Positions 1 through 10,812 of a stretch of DNA of 25,561 nucleotides are shown piece by piece; positions within the stretch are counted from its first letter, which is position 1, and each line of letters begins with the position of its first letter. The DNA lies in contig NC_057755.1 in NCBI RefSeq assembly GCF_004010195.1, positions 9,800,202 through 9,825,762 on the forward strand, in the 5' to 3' direction. The notes below the pieces were generated by a model. The model was not told the DNA's origin. It saw nothing but the letters and a program-made list of their open reading frames with translations, and made no database searches. This stretch comes from Chiloscyllium plagiosum (taxonomy: Eukaryota). Made by a program: the position numbers and the translations under genes.

Positions 1-108
1 TTGATGCTGATTTGTTGATCCAAAGGTCAGGCCTTTCTGAATGTGGATGCATTCCTTCATGGTGTTAATGATATTGAAATTCATTCCATTAAAGTCTAGA
101 ATTTCTAG

Positions 109-284
109 ATTCTGAGATGCCGGTGTTGGACTGGGGTGTACAAAGTTAAAAATCACACAACACCAGGTTATAGTCCAGCAGGTTTTATTGGAAGCACACT
201 AGCTTTCGGAGCAACGCTCCGAAAGCTAGTGTGCTTCCAGTAAAACCTGTTGGACTATAACCTGGTGTTGTGTGATTTTTAACT
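109..284. mobile_element. Non-autonomous Penelope-like (PLE) fold-back element
   Basis: Near-perfect hairpin 143-285 (70-bp arms, 3-nt loop AAC) plus a ~34-nt unpaired extension (109-142). Flanked by a 12-bp direct repeat TAGAATTTCTAG (97-108, 285-296). A second copy of the family lies at 21714-21889. PLE assignment rests on architecture and the hammerhead remnant. Confidence 0.8.
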
Positions 285-334
285 TAGAATTTCTAGGTAA
301 TGGTGACCAAGGCAACTTCTGTTTTTTTTTATTT

Positions 335-545
335 TAATTATTTATTCGCTTGTTCATGAGTTGTGGACTTTGCTGGTTTGTCTAGGATTTGTTGCCCATC
401 CCTGCTTGACATTATGACGGTCATAATCAATTTAAAGGATCTGGTTCATTCTTGTCCTCTTCAAGGAGGGGTATCTGCCATCCTTCCTAAGTCTAATCGA
501 CCTGTGTCCGGAGATCCACTGTTGTGGTTGGCTCTTAATTTCTTT
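335..545. mobile_element. Degenerate LINE 3' tail (minus, ~335-405) adjoining a SINE core relic (plus, ~410-545)
   Basis: Tail motif ...ATTTGTTGCCCATCCCT resembles 6750-6765, 8490-8505 and 11665-11690. The core (ATCTGGTTCA...CTGCCATCCTT) resembles the SINE at 7246-7625. Confidence 0.5.
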
Positions 546-811
546 GCAAAAAATAAAATCACCCAGCCAGTCCCTCAAGGAAGGGCAGCAGATGTTGGCT
601 CAATGGCAGGCACATCCAGGAGAGAGTCAGGAAAAAGAATAGTGCGTGTAATCTTGAGTATTGACTCAGTGTCCAGACTCCATTGAGATTCTGAATAGAC
701 ATAGATGGATAGCACTCCCATTGACTGTAGTTCAGGATGCACCAGTCACAGTGACTTGTTTTGCTGATGAGACCACTGGTTTTTGATGTGTTAATGTGGT
801 TCCCATTCAAA

Positions 812-818
812 TACTAAC
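812..818 (+). promoter_or_regulatory. Consensus splicing branch point TACTAAC (distant branch point candidate)
   Basis: Exact TACTAAC directly followed by a ~140-nt pyrimidine-rich tract. No AG occurs until 984-985. Confidence 0.55.
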
Positions 819-825
819 GTTGTGT

Positions 826-871
826 ATCTCTCTCCCCTTCCTCTCTCTCTCTCTGTGTCTCTCTCTCTCTC

Positions 872-940
<69 letters not shown>

Positions 941-976
941 GTCTCTCTCTCTCTCTGTCTCTCTCTCACACACACA
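826..976. repeat. Compound (CT)n/(CTGT)/(CA)n microsatellite
   Basis: Directly visible dinucleotide repeat. Confidence 0.97.
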
Positions 977-1003
977 TTTGGTGAGAAGCGGAGGATCCTG
1001 ATC

Positions 1004-1353
1004 ATAGATGAACAACGGCAGCGGGTAGAGGAGGCCGTGCTGTGCCAGGAAGTTGAGTGGGACCGTACCGACAGGCAGGCCAGCGGGCTGGTGTGGCAGC
1101 GTGTGGAGGCCTGGGGCCCGGACGCAGACGAGTCAGGGAAGGTGCTGGTGTCGGTGGCCGGTGTGCGAGGCCAGGAGCAGCACCCACCAACAACATTGCA
1201 GAGCCTGCCCCGCGATAGACCGGGTTCCTCCCCAGCCCAGCGTAGGCGCAAGTCGGAATATCCCCGCCGGCGGAGCTGCATCTCGTTCACGTTCGGTGGG
1301 GCGGAGCTGAGCACAGGCCATCCTGAAGAAGGCGAGGAGCCGGTGGAGATCCG
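1004..1353 (+). CDS. ZFP91: ZFP91-like zinc finger protein, first coding exon (5' boundary uncertain)
   Basis: GC/CpG-rich open frame (I/M)DEQRQRVEEAVLCQEVEW...LPRDRPGSSPAQRRRKSEYPRRRSCISF...EEPVEIR ending at the strong donor CG|GTGAGT (GT 1354-1355, phase 2). RRRKSEYPRRR matches the RRRKAEYPRRR motif I recall from the human ZFP91 N-terminus. No in-frame ATG; ATA at 1004 sits in Kozak context. Acceptor candidates end at 985, 988 and 1007. Confidence 0.75.
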
Positions 1354-1489
1354 GTGAGTGGAGAGCACGTGTGGAGGTGGGTGAGTCACCCGGTGTCCAG
1401 GGCCTTCTGTGCTTTGGAAAGGGATGACTGATGTTTGGGGGAGTTGGGGAAGTGTACCCAAAGGTGGAGAGATTGATGATGAAGGCATG

Positions 1490-1960
1490 AGTGTTCCTTT
1501 CAGACTCATGGAAATGACTGTTTCGAAGAGGGATTGACTATCAAACAAACCAGAAGGAGCACTATCCTTTGCCATGCACACCTGAGCAGCATGAGGGTAC
1601 TCAGCCTCAACTGGTGGGAAAGATATTCAGGATCAGATCTGCAGGGAAACTCTGAAGAGATGCAGAAACTACAGTTTAGTGATAACGGACGACTTCAGTT
1701 TTCTGAATGTGGAAAGGGGCAAATCGTGTTAGAAAGTATTTATTGTACGTATTTGGGAGACTATTTTTGATGTGCCTATTCTGGCTGACGGAGGAAGGAT
1801 TCTGGTTGGTTGGGAATGCTCTGAATCCGGTCGATCAGGTGTGAGGGAACTTTGGGGGATCAGTGATCAGCGCTAACCTAATGTTTCCAACGTTGTCTAA
1901 AATAACCACATTGGAGGTAGGCCAAATTCTACATTTGGAGGGAAAGCTGTCACAAGCAAA
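1490..1960 (+). mobile_element. Old CR1 LINE relic (endonuclease region)
   Basis: Frameshifted residues resembling CR1 ORF2 EN (…GKDIQDQICRE…ERCRNYSLVITDDF…). Confidence 0.55.
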
Positions 1961-2399
1961 ATTGTGCAAAAAAGAACAATTGGCTGTTTTTTAATGAGGA
2001 AATGGTTCATGTGCCCAAGATGGAGCAGCCAAGTACAGAGCACTGAGACAGCAAGAACTTATGAAGCAGAAAAAAGATGAGTACAAAAATATGTCAAGTT
2101 GACAATACAAGTGCAAATCCAAGTTTTAGTTCCAAATGGAGAGGGTTGAGAAGTCAGGGCTACTTTACATGGAGATTGTTGAAGCAAACTTTGCTGGAAA
2201 CAGTCAGAATTGAAGGGTTTGGACAGAGTCGCCCAAGATCAACTTATTCTTGTTGGTGTGAAGGCTGTAATTTGAGGTTATTGGCCAATGACTCATCAGT
2301 GACACGTGAAACGTTTACTTTTGCACTTGGTGGACCTGTGTGCTTGAAATCTAGAATGCACTGCTTGTATTGTTTTTCCCCCCTCATCGTCCTCCCTAG

Positions 2400-2545
2400 G
2401 TTTATGGGCTGCTCCAAATCTATGCCCCCTCCCATTCTTGTCTCCTCTATAAGCAGGAACAGCTCATCTATTCTATCCATCATTTTGAAAATCCTTTATC
2501 AAATCTCCAGTCAGCCACCTTCTCTCCAAAGAAAGCAATGCCAAT
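2400..2545 (-). mobile_element. Old CR1 3' ORF2 relic
   Basis: Similar to the CR1 segment at 3200-3290 (…atcattttgaaaatc…ccttctctccaaagaaa). Confidence 0.5.
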
Positions 2546-2882
2546 GGGGAAACATGGTATGCAGTCCTGACCCCACTTCAGATGACTTATTGTAATAACA
2601 ATAGTGATGATCTCAGTGCTGGTTACAGTCTATGACCAAGCAGCCATGACATCAGTGTGTAGAAGTTTCTCATTACCTCGGTCCCGATAGGCAGTTTGTT
2701 AAGCTGGGGCTCTGTAAATCTTAGCTCGAGAGAAACAAACTTAAGCAGCAACTACCTTTGCAACATTCCATTACTTTCTACTTTTCAACAAGGTAGCTGC
2801 TCAGCCTCCCAAACCATTAGTGAATATGGACCCATTCTAACTGACCTCTCCTCATAGGACAGAGCACTCCTTCCAGGAATCA

Positions 2883-4192
2883 GTCATAGAGATGGACCGC
2901 ATGGAAACAGACCCTTCGGTCCAACCCGTCCATGCCGACCAGATATCCCAGCTCAATCTAGTCCCACCGAGTCCCAGCCCATATCTCTCCAAACCCTTCT
3001 TATTCATATACCCATCCAAATGCCTCTTCAATGTTGGAATTGTACCAGCCTCCACCACTTCCTCTGGCAGCTTATTCCATGCACGTACCATCCTCCGTGT
3101 GAAACAGTTGCCCCTTAGGTCTCTTTTATATCTTTCCCATCTCACCCTAAACCTGTGCCCTCTAGTTCTGGACTCCCCGACCCCAGGGAAAAGACTTTGT
3201 CTATTTACCCTATCCATGCCTCTCATAATTTTGTAAACCTCTATAAGGTCACCCCTCAGCCTCCGACGCTCCAGGGAAAACAGCCCCAGCCTGTTCAGCC
3301 TCTCCCTATAGCTCAAATCCTCCAACCCTGGCAATATCCTTGCAAATCTTTTCGGAGCCCTTTCAAGTTTCACAACATCTTTCCGAAAGGAAGGAGACCA
3401 GAATTGCACGCAATATTCCAACAGTGGCCTAACCAATGTCCTGTACAGCTGCAACATGACCTCCCAAAGTCTGTACTCAATACTCTGACCAATAAAGGAA
3501 AGCATACCAAACGCCGCCTTCACTATCCTATCTACCTGCGAGTCCACTTTCAAGGAGCTATGAACCTGCACTCCAAGGTCTCTTTGTTCAGCAACACTCC
3601 CTGGGACCTTACCATTAAGTGTATAAGTCCTGCTAAGATTTGCATTCCCAAAATATATCACCTCTCGTTTAATTAAACTCAACTCCATCTGCCACTTCTC
3701 AGCCCACTGGCCCATCTGGTCAAGATCCTGTTGTAATCTGAGGTAACCTTCTTCGCTGTCCACTACACCTCCAATTTTGGTGTCATCTGCAAACGTACTA
3801 ACTGTACCTCTTATGCTCACATCCAAATCATTGATGTAAATGATATAAAGTAGTGGACCTAGCACCGATCCTTGTGGCACTCCACTATTCACAGGTCTCC
3901 AGTCTGAAAAACAACCCTCCACCACCACCCTCTATCTTCTACCTTTGAGCCAGTTCTGTATCCAAATGACTAATTCTCCCTGTATTTCATGAGATCTAAC
4001 CTTGCTAATCAGTCTCCCATGGGGAACCTTGTCGAATGCCTTACCATGTCCATAAAGATCACATCTATCGCTCTGTCCTCATCAATCCTCTTTGTTACTT
4101 CTTCAAAAAACTCAATCAAATTTGTGAGATATGATTTCCCATACACAAAGCCATGTTGACTATCCCAAATCAGTCCTTGCCTTTCCAAATAC
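2883..4192 (-). mobile_element. Young 5'-truncated CR1 LINE (RT C-terminal half + 3' UTR)
   Basis: ORF 2852-3928(-) has SGVPQGSVLGPLL, FADDTK, LYRTLVRPLLEYCVQFWSP and RRLRGDLIEVYKI. ORF 4009-4197(-) has SQHGF…LTNLIEFFE. TCTATGAC tail at the left end; ATCA at both junctions (2879-2882, 4193-4196). Confidence 0.96.
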
Positions 4193-5204
4193 ATCAAGTG
4201 AATCTTTTACGGTAAGTATATCTTTCCTTTGGAATAAAAAAAAGCTAGTACACTGTACTCCTTCTTATCTCCTTAAAGCCCTTTGCCATTGCACCAAACC
4301 CTCATTTTCGTGAAACAAAGCACCTCTGTGAAGGCTTTTGGGATAGTATTTCTGTGTTCAATTTGTTGTGCCTAATTTGGAGTGTAAGTCCCAGTAGTGC
4401 AAAAGAGAGCAAAGTCTCCATCTGACCCCATGTTTTTCCTGCCCCTACAAGTGTTTGGTTGAGACAATGTAGAGGGTGCATTACTTTGCTACGCTGTATC
4501 TGAGAGTTTTGAATCTCCAAATTTTCACCCCAGATGATCTTTGCTCAGTTGTCAAGTATTTTCAAGACTGAGACTCATGGATCTTTGGACTTGCAGGGGA
4601 ATCAAGAGATTTGAAGATTAGGCAGGAAAGTGGAGTATATGTAAGATATCTACCTTACTCTATTGAAGGATGGAGGACCTTGAGTGGCTTTATGACCTTT
4701 TCCTGCACCTGTGGGGTTTTTTTTGTGTTTGTAGGTTTAGATTCATTTGGAGTCAACCCCACACAATATCTGTGCTTGATAGACCTTGTAGAGGGAACTT
4801 GATATCAAACCTGAAGTTTGGCATCCTCATCTTAGAAGACCATGTACCCTGATTGTGTGATCAAATGTTACAGCTGTGCACCCCTTTTCCAGGAGTCTCT
4901 CATGATAATATCAAAATGTGAGGTGAAAATAGTAGTACAGCATTGGGACAGTGGATCCGTCTGATTATACTGAATGAAGGAGCTGGGATGAATGGCATAC
5001 TCTTCCTTCATTCTTCAACATTTCTATATTTCTGTCAGTGATGCCATCATCCTTTAGGTAATGGCCAGTAATCATGACCGCGATTTCTGTTTTTCAGTAG
5101 CTGTGTGCACACATTCATTGGAGTTTTTTTTTTCAATATATTCCTCTATTCGAAGAATCAATCACTTTTTGACTTTCAGAAATATGTGGCTGCTCTTCAG
5201 TAGC

Positions 5205-6578
5205 CAAGGTGATGCTAATTTATCTCCTGTTAAAAAGCAAAAGCCTGGGAACTGTAAACTAGTGAGTCTGAAGTCAGTGGTGGGTAAGTTTTTGGAGGGG
5301 ATTCTGAGAGACAGGATTAACGTGTATTTGGAGAGGCAAGGACTAATTAGGGATATTGAGCATGGCATTGTGCATGAGAAATCGTGTCTCACAAACTTGA
5401 TTGAATGTTTTGAGAATGTGACCAGTAAGATAGATGAGGGCAAAGTGGTAGACCTTGTCTGTTTGAACTTTAGCAAGGTAAAACCATTGGCAACATTTCG
5501 CATGGTAGACTGGTGAGCAAAGTTACATCACACTGAGTTCAGGGAGACTTTGCCAATTGTATTCAAAATTGACTTGATGATACGAATCAAAAGGTTTCGG
5601 TGGAAGGTTGATTTTTGGACTGGGGGTCTGTAACCAGATGTATTCTGCAGGGATTGGTACTGGGTCCGCTATTGTTTGTCATTTATATAAACTGTTTGAA
5701 TGAGAATGCAGGAGGCATAATTACCAGTTTGTGGGTGACACCAAAATTGGTGAAGAAGGTTATCTCAGACTACAAAGGGATCTTGATCAATTGGACCAAT
5801 GGGTCCAGGATTGGCCCATTGATTTTAATTGAGATTAAGTTTAATTAAGGTAAATGCGAGATGTTGCATTTTGGTATGGTGAATGACGGTCGGACTTACA
5901 CAGTTGATGCTCGGGCCATGAACAGAATTGTCGAACAAAGGCACCTCAACCCCTCGGCATAGAGTTCCTTGAACGTTCCTTCACAGGTAGACAGGGTAGT
6001 AAAGAATGCACTTGGTGTGCTTGCTTTCACTGCTCAGACCATTAAGTATAGGACTTGGGATGTCATGCTGTGATTGTACAGGATGTTGGTTAGGCCACTT
6101 TTGGAGTACTGTGCACAGGTTCTGCTTGCCCTTGTAGTTGATTACACGGTGCAGAAAAGGATATTACAGGGACTGGAGGGTTTGAGCTCTGAGGAGAGGC
6201 TAGATAGGCTGGGAGTTCTTTTTACTGGAGCAACAGGGTTGAGGGATGACCTTATAAAGGTCTGCAAAATCATGAAGTGCATAGATAAGGTGAACAGCAA
6301 TGGTTGTTTACCTATGGTAGGGGAGTTCAAGACCAGAGGTCAAAATTTTAAGGTGAGAGGAGAAAGATTTAAGAGGGCTTTTGAAGGGACGAGGATGGTT
6401 CATGTGTGAGATGAACTGCCAGAGCAAATGTTTGATGCAGGTATAGTTTTTAAAAAATTGAAGACATTTGTCAGGTATGCACATAGGGATGTGAGCCAGG
6501 CCCAGGCAATTTGGACTAGTTTAGTCTGGGAAACCTGATTGGCAGGGACGAGTTGGACCAAAGGGTCTGTATGACTCT
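5205..6578 (+). mobile_element. Degenerate 5'-truncated CR1 LINE (RT to 3' end)
   Basis: Broken ORFs contain KPGNCKLVSLKSVVGK, KSCLTNLIECFE, QGLVLGPLLFVIYIN and YRMLVRPLLEYCAQ. Ends in a CR1 3' UTR and a TATGACTCT tail. Confidence 0.93.
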
Positions 6579-6707
6579 TAAAGCATTTTCTTGACCTTTG
6601 GCGGTCCCAAAGCACTTTACTTTTGAATGCGTAAGCATGGAGCCCCTCACTTTTGCGTGGTGTTTTTGAGAAATGTTTATGGTTCTTATCACCTTTCATC
6701 CCACTTT

Positions 6708-7720
6708 GTTATCATTCGTGGGATGATGTCTTTGCTGGCTGTGCCAGTGTTTATTACCCATCCCTAACTGCACTGGTGAATGCACGGTGAGATGACTGTT
6801 TTAAGTGCTGCTGTTCAGTTGTAGGTGTGGAGGGCCCGTAGGAAGGGCAATCTGGAATATTTCAATGTCCTCCTAGATGGTGGTGGTGGTGATTGTGGGT
6901 TTGGAGGTTGTTTCAGAAACCTCTCAATTCCTGCCATGCAACTTGGAGATGGCACCCATTGCTGCTATTGAGTGTCACTGGTGGAGGGAGTGATTGTCTG
7001 TGTCATTCAAGTGAGCTGCTTTGTCCTGGATGGTGTCAAGCTTCTTGTGTTGTTGGAGCTGCACTCATACAGGAAATTGGGACATATTCCACCATATTGC
7101 TGTTCTTGCGCCTTGTAGATGGGAACAGAGATAAGGTTCTTTCTGCAAGATTTCTAGCCTGTGACTTGCTCTTGTAGTTATATAGTGAATTTAGTTTTGT
7201 TTCTGGTCAACCCCTGTGATGTGGTTAGTGAGTGATTAAATGATAGTGAGGCAATGGTCTTGTAATAATTATTATTAGACTGTTAACCTCGAGACACGGG
7301 TATTGATCTGGCGACCAGGGTTCAAATCTCACCCCATGGCAGGTGGTGAAGTTTGAATTCAATAACAATCTGTCTTTAAGAGACCAGTGATGACCATGAA
7401 ACAAGTGTCATTTGTTGGGAAAAGAAAGTCATTTGTTGGGAAAAGAAAATCATCTGGTTCACTAACATCCTTTAGGGAAGAAAGCTGTCATCCTCACCTG
7501 GTCTGGCCTATATATACTCCAGACCCACAGCGATTTGGGTGACTCGTAACCCACTGGGCATTAAGGAATGGATAATAAACACTGTCGAACCCATTGATTC
7601 TCTCATCTGGTGAATTAATTTTTTTAAAAGTGCCATTTAATGTAAGGGGTCAGTGATTTGATGGAGATGGTCATTGCTCGGTACCTGGGTAACACAATAT
7701 TATTTGCCACTTGTCAGTTC
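6708..7720 (-). mobile_element. Degenerate L2/CR1-group LINE segment, interrupted by a SINE
   Basis: Starts with the shared 3' tail (CCAGTGTTTATTACCCATCCCTAACTGC). Decayed LINE-like sequence resumes after 7626. Confidence 0.55.
7246..7625 (+). mobile_element. tRNA-derived shark SINE with LINE-derived tail
   Basis: B-box-like GGGTTCAAATC (7318-7328). Central core also seen at ~410-545 and ~15990-16060. Internal 21-bp tandem duplication (7407-7427/7428-7448). Confidence 0.7.
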
Positions 7721-7950
7721 ACCCTTGATAGTTTTTCAGGCCAATCTTGAGCCTAATCAAATCTTTGCCTCCTGTTCCCTAATTCCCGTTCCTTCGTTCA
7801 GCGATATTTATTGGATGCAATTTTGTTAATAAAATACTCTTCCTTATATTCAAACCCCTGTTTGTAATCCTCTCCAGTCCTGCGAACTGTTTGTGCCATG
7901 CCTTGACTTCTGGCCTCTATTGCGTTCCTGATCATCTTCATTTCCCATTG

Positions 7951-8079
7951 TCTAGATGAGAGTGGTGCTGGAAAAGCAGAGCAGTTCAGGCAGCATCCGA
8001 GGAGTAGTAAAATCGACGTTTCGGGCAAAAGCCCTTCATCGGGAATACAGGCAGAGACCCTGAAGGGTGGAGAGATAAA
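7951..8079 (-). mobile_element. PLE pseudo-LTR fragment (same family as 10178-10915)
   Basis: Highly similar to 10178-10305. Imperfect flanking direct repeat ATCTTCATTTCCCATTG / ATCTCATTACCCATTG. Hammerhead remnant at 8015-8042(-) with the core mutated to CCGAUGA. Confidence 0.8.
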
Positions 8080-8159
8080 ATCTCATTACCCATTGACCTG
8101 GAGCTCTTGCACTCACATTTTAAAGCCCTTTATTCCTTTTAAGACTGCTATTTGAATTG

Positions 8160-8310
8160 TGCTGGATCAAAGACCTGGAGCTCCCTCCTTCCCTGCATTG
8201 TGGGTTGATTCCTGTTCGAGGTGGCTGCAGCTCACCCCCTCCTTGTTTGGAGCAATGTGGAATGGGCAATAAATGATGCTATGCCTAGAGACACTAACTA
8301 TCTGTTTGTT
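8160..8310 (+). mobile_element. LINE 3' end relic (L2/CR1-group)
   Basis: …GCAGCTCACC…AATGGGCAATAAATG tail, the reverse complement of the tails at 6750 and 11665. Confidence 0.55.
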
Positions 8311-8679
8311 CACCATGGGAATGATAAAGAAATATGCCATGTTAGCAAGTTGTGCTGAAGCAGTATAAGGAACCTTGTTGATTTTTTCATGTATTGTACA
8401 TTTTTTGTGTTATTCTGTTATCGCAGTAGTGGAGTACTTTCCAGTGTTCTTTTTTATTATTCTTTCTTTGGGATATGGGTATTGCTGCTGTGTTGCCCAT
8501 CCCCAATTATCCTTGAACTATGAGGCCACCGAAGAGTCGTGTGCATTGCCATATATATTTCCATGATGTCTTTATCTGATCTAGCCAACATATGATTCCT
8601 GATTTATAGCAATTTAATTGACTTTGAAATGGTCGAACAAGCCAGTCAATTGTGTCTAAGTGCTGCAAGGATGATTAAA

Positions 8680-10085
8680 GGAGTGAAACCAGATGGACTG
8701 CCCAGCATCAACAAAGTCTGCCAAACAAAACTACTGTGGTGCGTGTTGTCCTGTTGCCTCTGCAAGGTCATCCTTGCTGACATGTGGGGACTTTCACCAA
8801 AATTGTAGTAGCAGACCCACAGATCGGTCAAGCAAGTGCCCGACACAGTCATTCCCACAGAGTCATATCTTACCAAGTCCCAAGCAACACCATCACCGTC
8901 CCTGGGCATGATCAGTCCAGTGGTGGTGGCACAGCGGTGAATGCTCTGCCTGCCCTGGGAATCATCCACATTGACTCTGGGGCCAATGAATTCTCATGCT
9001 AAAAATGGTGCTTCTCTGTGTTCATCCTCACTTCAAGGAAGCGCTGTGGGTAGGTTGGGTGGGGAGGCAAGGCCACAGAATGAACACCAAGGGAAAGAAT
9101 CTCAGTCACTAAAAGTGGTTCAGCAACGCTGTTGACCAAATCGAAGGAGTCCCAAAGGACTTAGCTGCTAGACTGCATCAGTAACAGGGAGAGGGAATCA
9201 AACATCAAGAACTAAACACATCTTGTTTAGATTTTTCAAATTGAACTCCTTACACTGAGACAGCCTATTTCTCAACATTTCTGAACCATTGTTTCTTCAG
9301 ACGAAACTGTTTTACACAACTAATGCCCACCAAAATGTCTGGAAATTGAAACCAAAAGGCTTTGGGAGCTGAGAGTTTAACCTGAGCCAAACAAAACTGA
9401 TCCTTTTACTGAAAACCTAAAGCACTTCATTTTATTTTGTTCGATTGTGAAAACTCCCAACAAAGCCAAAACCTTGTTGCACTCCAGGGTGTCTCAATTT
9501 TTGAATTTGACAAAAAAAAAGTACGGCACCAGAAAGCATGATGAGCTAATTTTGAAACCCCTTCACATTCGGGCAAAAGGCGCATGCCACTGGTTCCAAA
9601 CTCTTAAATGTATATATGTTTCATGCTAACAATTTGAGGTGCTGCGTCATGAGGTACTATGGGTGGTCAGTAGAATTTTATTTAACCACAGTCTGTCACC
9701 TCATGGCTTAGTATGTAATCCACTTGAGCAGTATCACCAAGCTCATGGGTCAACCCTGCTTCAACAAAAAGTGCAGGAGAGCATGTCAGCAACTGTACCA
9801 GGCACCTGTAAACATGAGGCATAGTCCTGGTCAAGATATAAGACAAAACTGCCACATGTTCTTTACGATGTGTGGCAAGATAGGCAGCTAAGTGATTTTC
9901 CTAAGAATGGATCAGGTCAAAACTCTACATTCCTTGTACATCCAGTCTTGAATAGTGATGAATAATTTTTTAAAATACCTCAATGAAAAAGCAGGCTTTA
10001 CAAATAAACGTTGGAGTCTAGCACTGCAGTAAAAATAAGGCGAAAAGACAAGCAGCTTCAGTCAAAAGTGTTCATCTTCATCTGA
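8680..10085 (+). mobile_element. Highly degenerate L2/CR1-group LINE ORF2 (endonuclease start and linker)
   Basis: Residual translation …HRSVKQVPDTVIPTESYL…NTITVPG…GGGTAV…ALGIIHIDSG resembles an AP-endonuclease N-terminus. Linker-like remnants at 9700-10085. Confidence 0.6.
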
Positions 10086-10241
10086 TTTGGTTCACTCGTT
10101 ATATTCATAAGGAAAGGCTGCGTTGTGGCACAACTCTGTAGTTTGTGGGACAAAAGCTCAGACATAGATAGGGACATCTGGATCAATGGTGCTGGAAGAG
10201 CACAGCAGTTCAGGCAGCATCCGAGGAGCTTCAGCACAATC

Positions 10242-10269
10242 AACGTTTCGGGCAAAAGCCCTTCATCAG
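10242..10269 (-). ncRNA. Minimal hammerhead ribozyme motif (antisense copy, GUU triplet)
   Basis: Minus strand CUGAUGA-A-GGGC-UUUU-GCCC-GAAAC-GUU. Confidence 0.65.
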
Positions 10270-10416
10270 GAATAAAGGCAGAGAGCCTGAAGCGTGGAGA
10301 GATAAGCTAGGTGGAGGTGGAAAGAGAGTAGCATAGAGTACAGTGGGTGAGTGGGGGAGGAGATGAAGGTGGATAGGTCAGGGAGGAGAGGGTGGAGTGG
10401 ATAGGTGGAAAAGGAG

Positions 10417-10729
10417 NNNNNNNNNNNNNNNNNNNNNNNNNNNNNNNNNNNNNNNNNNNNNNNNNNNNNNNNNNNNNNNNNNNNNNNNNNNNNNNNNNNN
10501 NNNNNNNNNNNNNNNNNNNNNNNNNNNNNNNNNNNNNNNNNNNNNNNNNNNNNNNNNNNNNNNNNNNNNNNNNNNNNNNNNNNNNNNNNNNNNNNNNNNN
10601 NNNNNNNNNNNNNNNNNNNNNNNNNNNNNNNNNNNNNNNNNNNNNNNNNNNNNNNNNNNNNNNNNNNNNNNNNNNNNNNNNNNNNNNNNNNNNNNNNNNN
10701 NNNNNNNNNNNNNNNNNNNNNNNNNNNNN
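10417..10729. other. Assembly gap (313 N) inside the PLE
   Basis: Run of N between the inverted arms. Confidence 0.99.
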
Positions 10730-10784
10730 TCCCCCACCCTCCTCTAGCTTATCTCTCCACGCTTCAGGCTCTCTGCCTTTATTC

Positions 10785-10812
10785 CTGATGAAGGGCTTTT
10801 GCCCGAAACGTC
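10785..10812 (+). ncRNA. Minimal hammerhead ribozyme motif (sense to the host pre-mRNA, GUC triplet)
   Basis: CUGAUGA-A-GGGC-UUUU-GCCC-GAAAC-GUC: intact core, 4-bp stem II, palindromic ACGU stem III. Stem I is weak. Confidence 0.7.

Noticed and set aside
791..1015. ORFs 791-1015(-), 796-984(+) and the ERET tail of 814-1581(-)
   Set aside because: They are translations of the microsatellite and the antisense shadow of the GC-rich exon.
2852..3928. 358-aa RT ORF as a host gene or active element
   Set aside because: 5'-truncated CR1 lacking the endonuclease and RT N-terminus, with a frameshift upstream.
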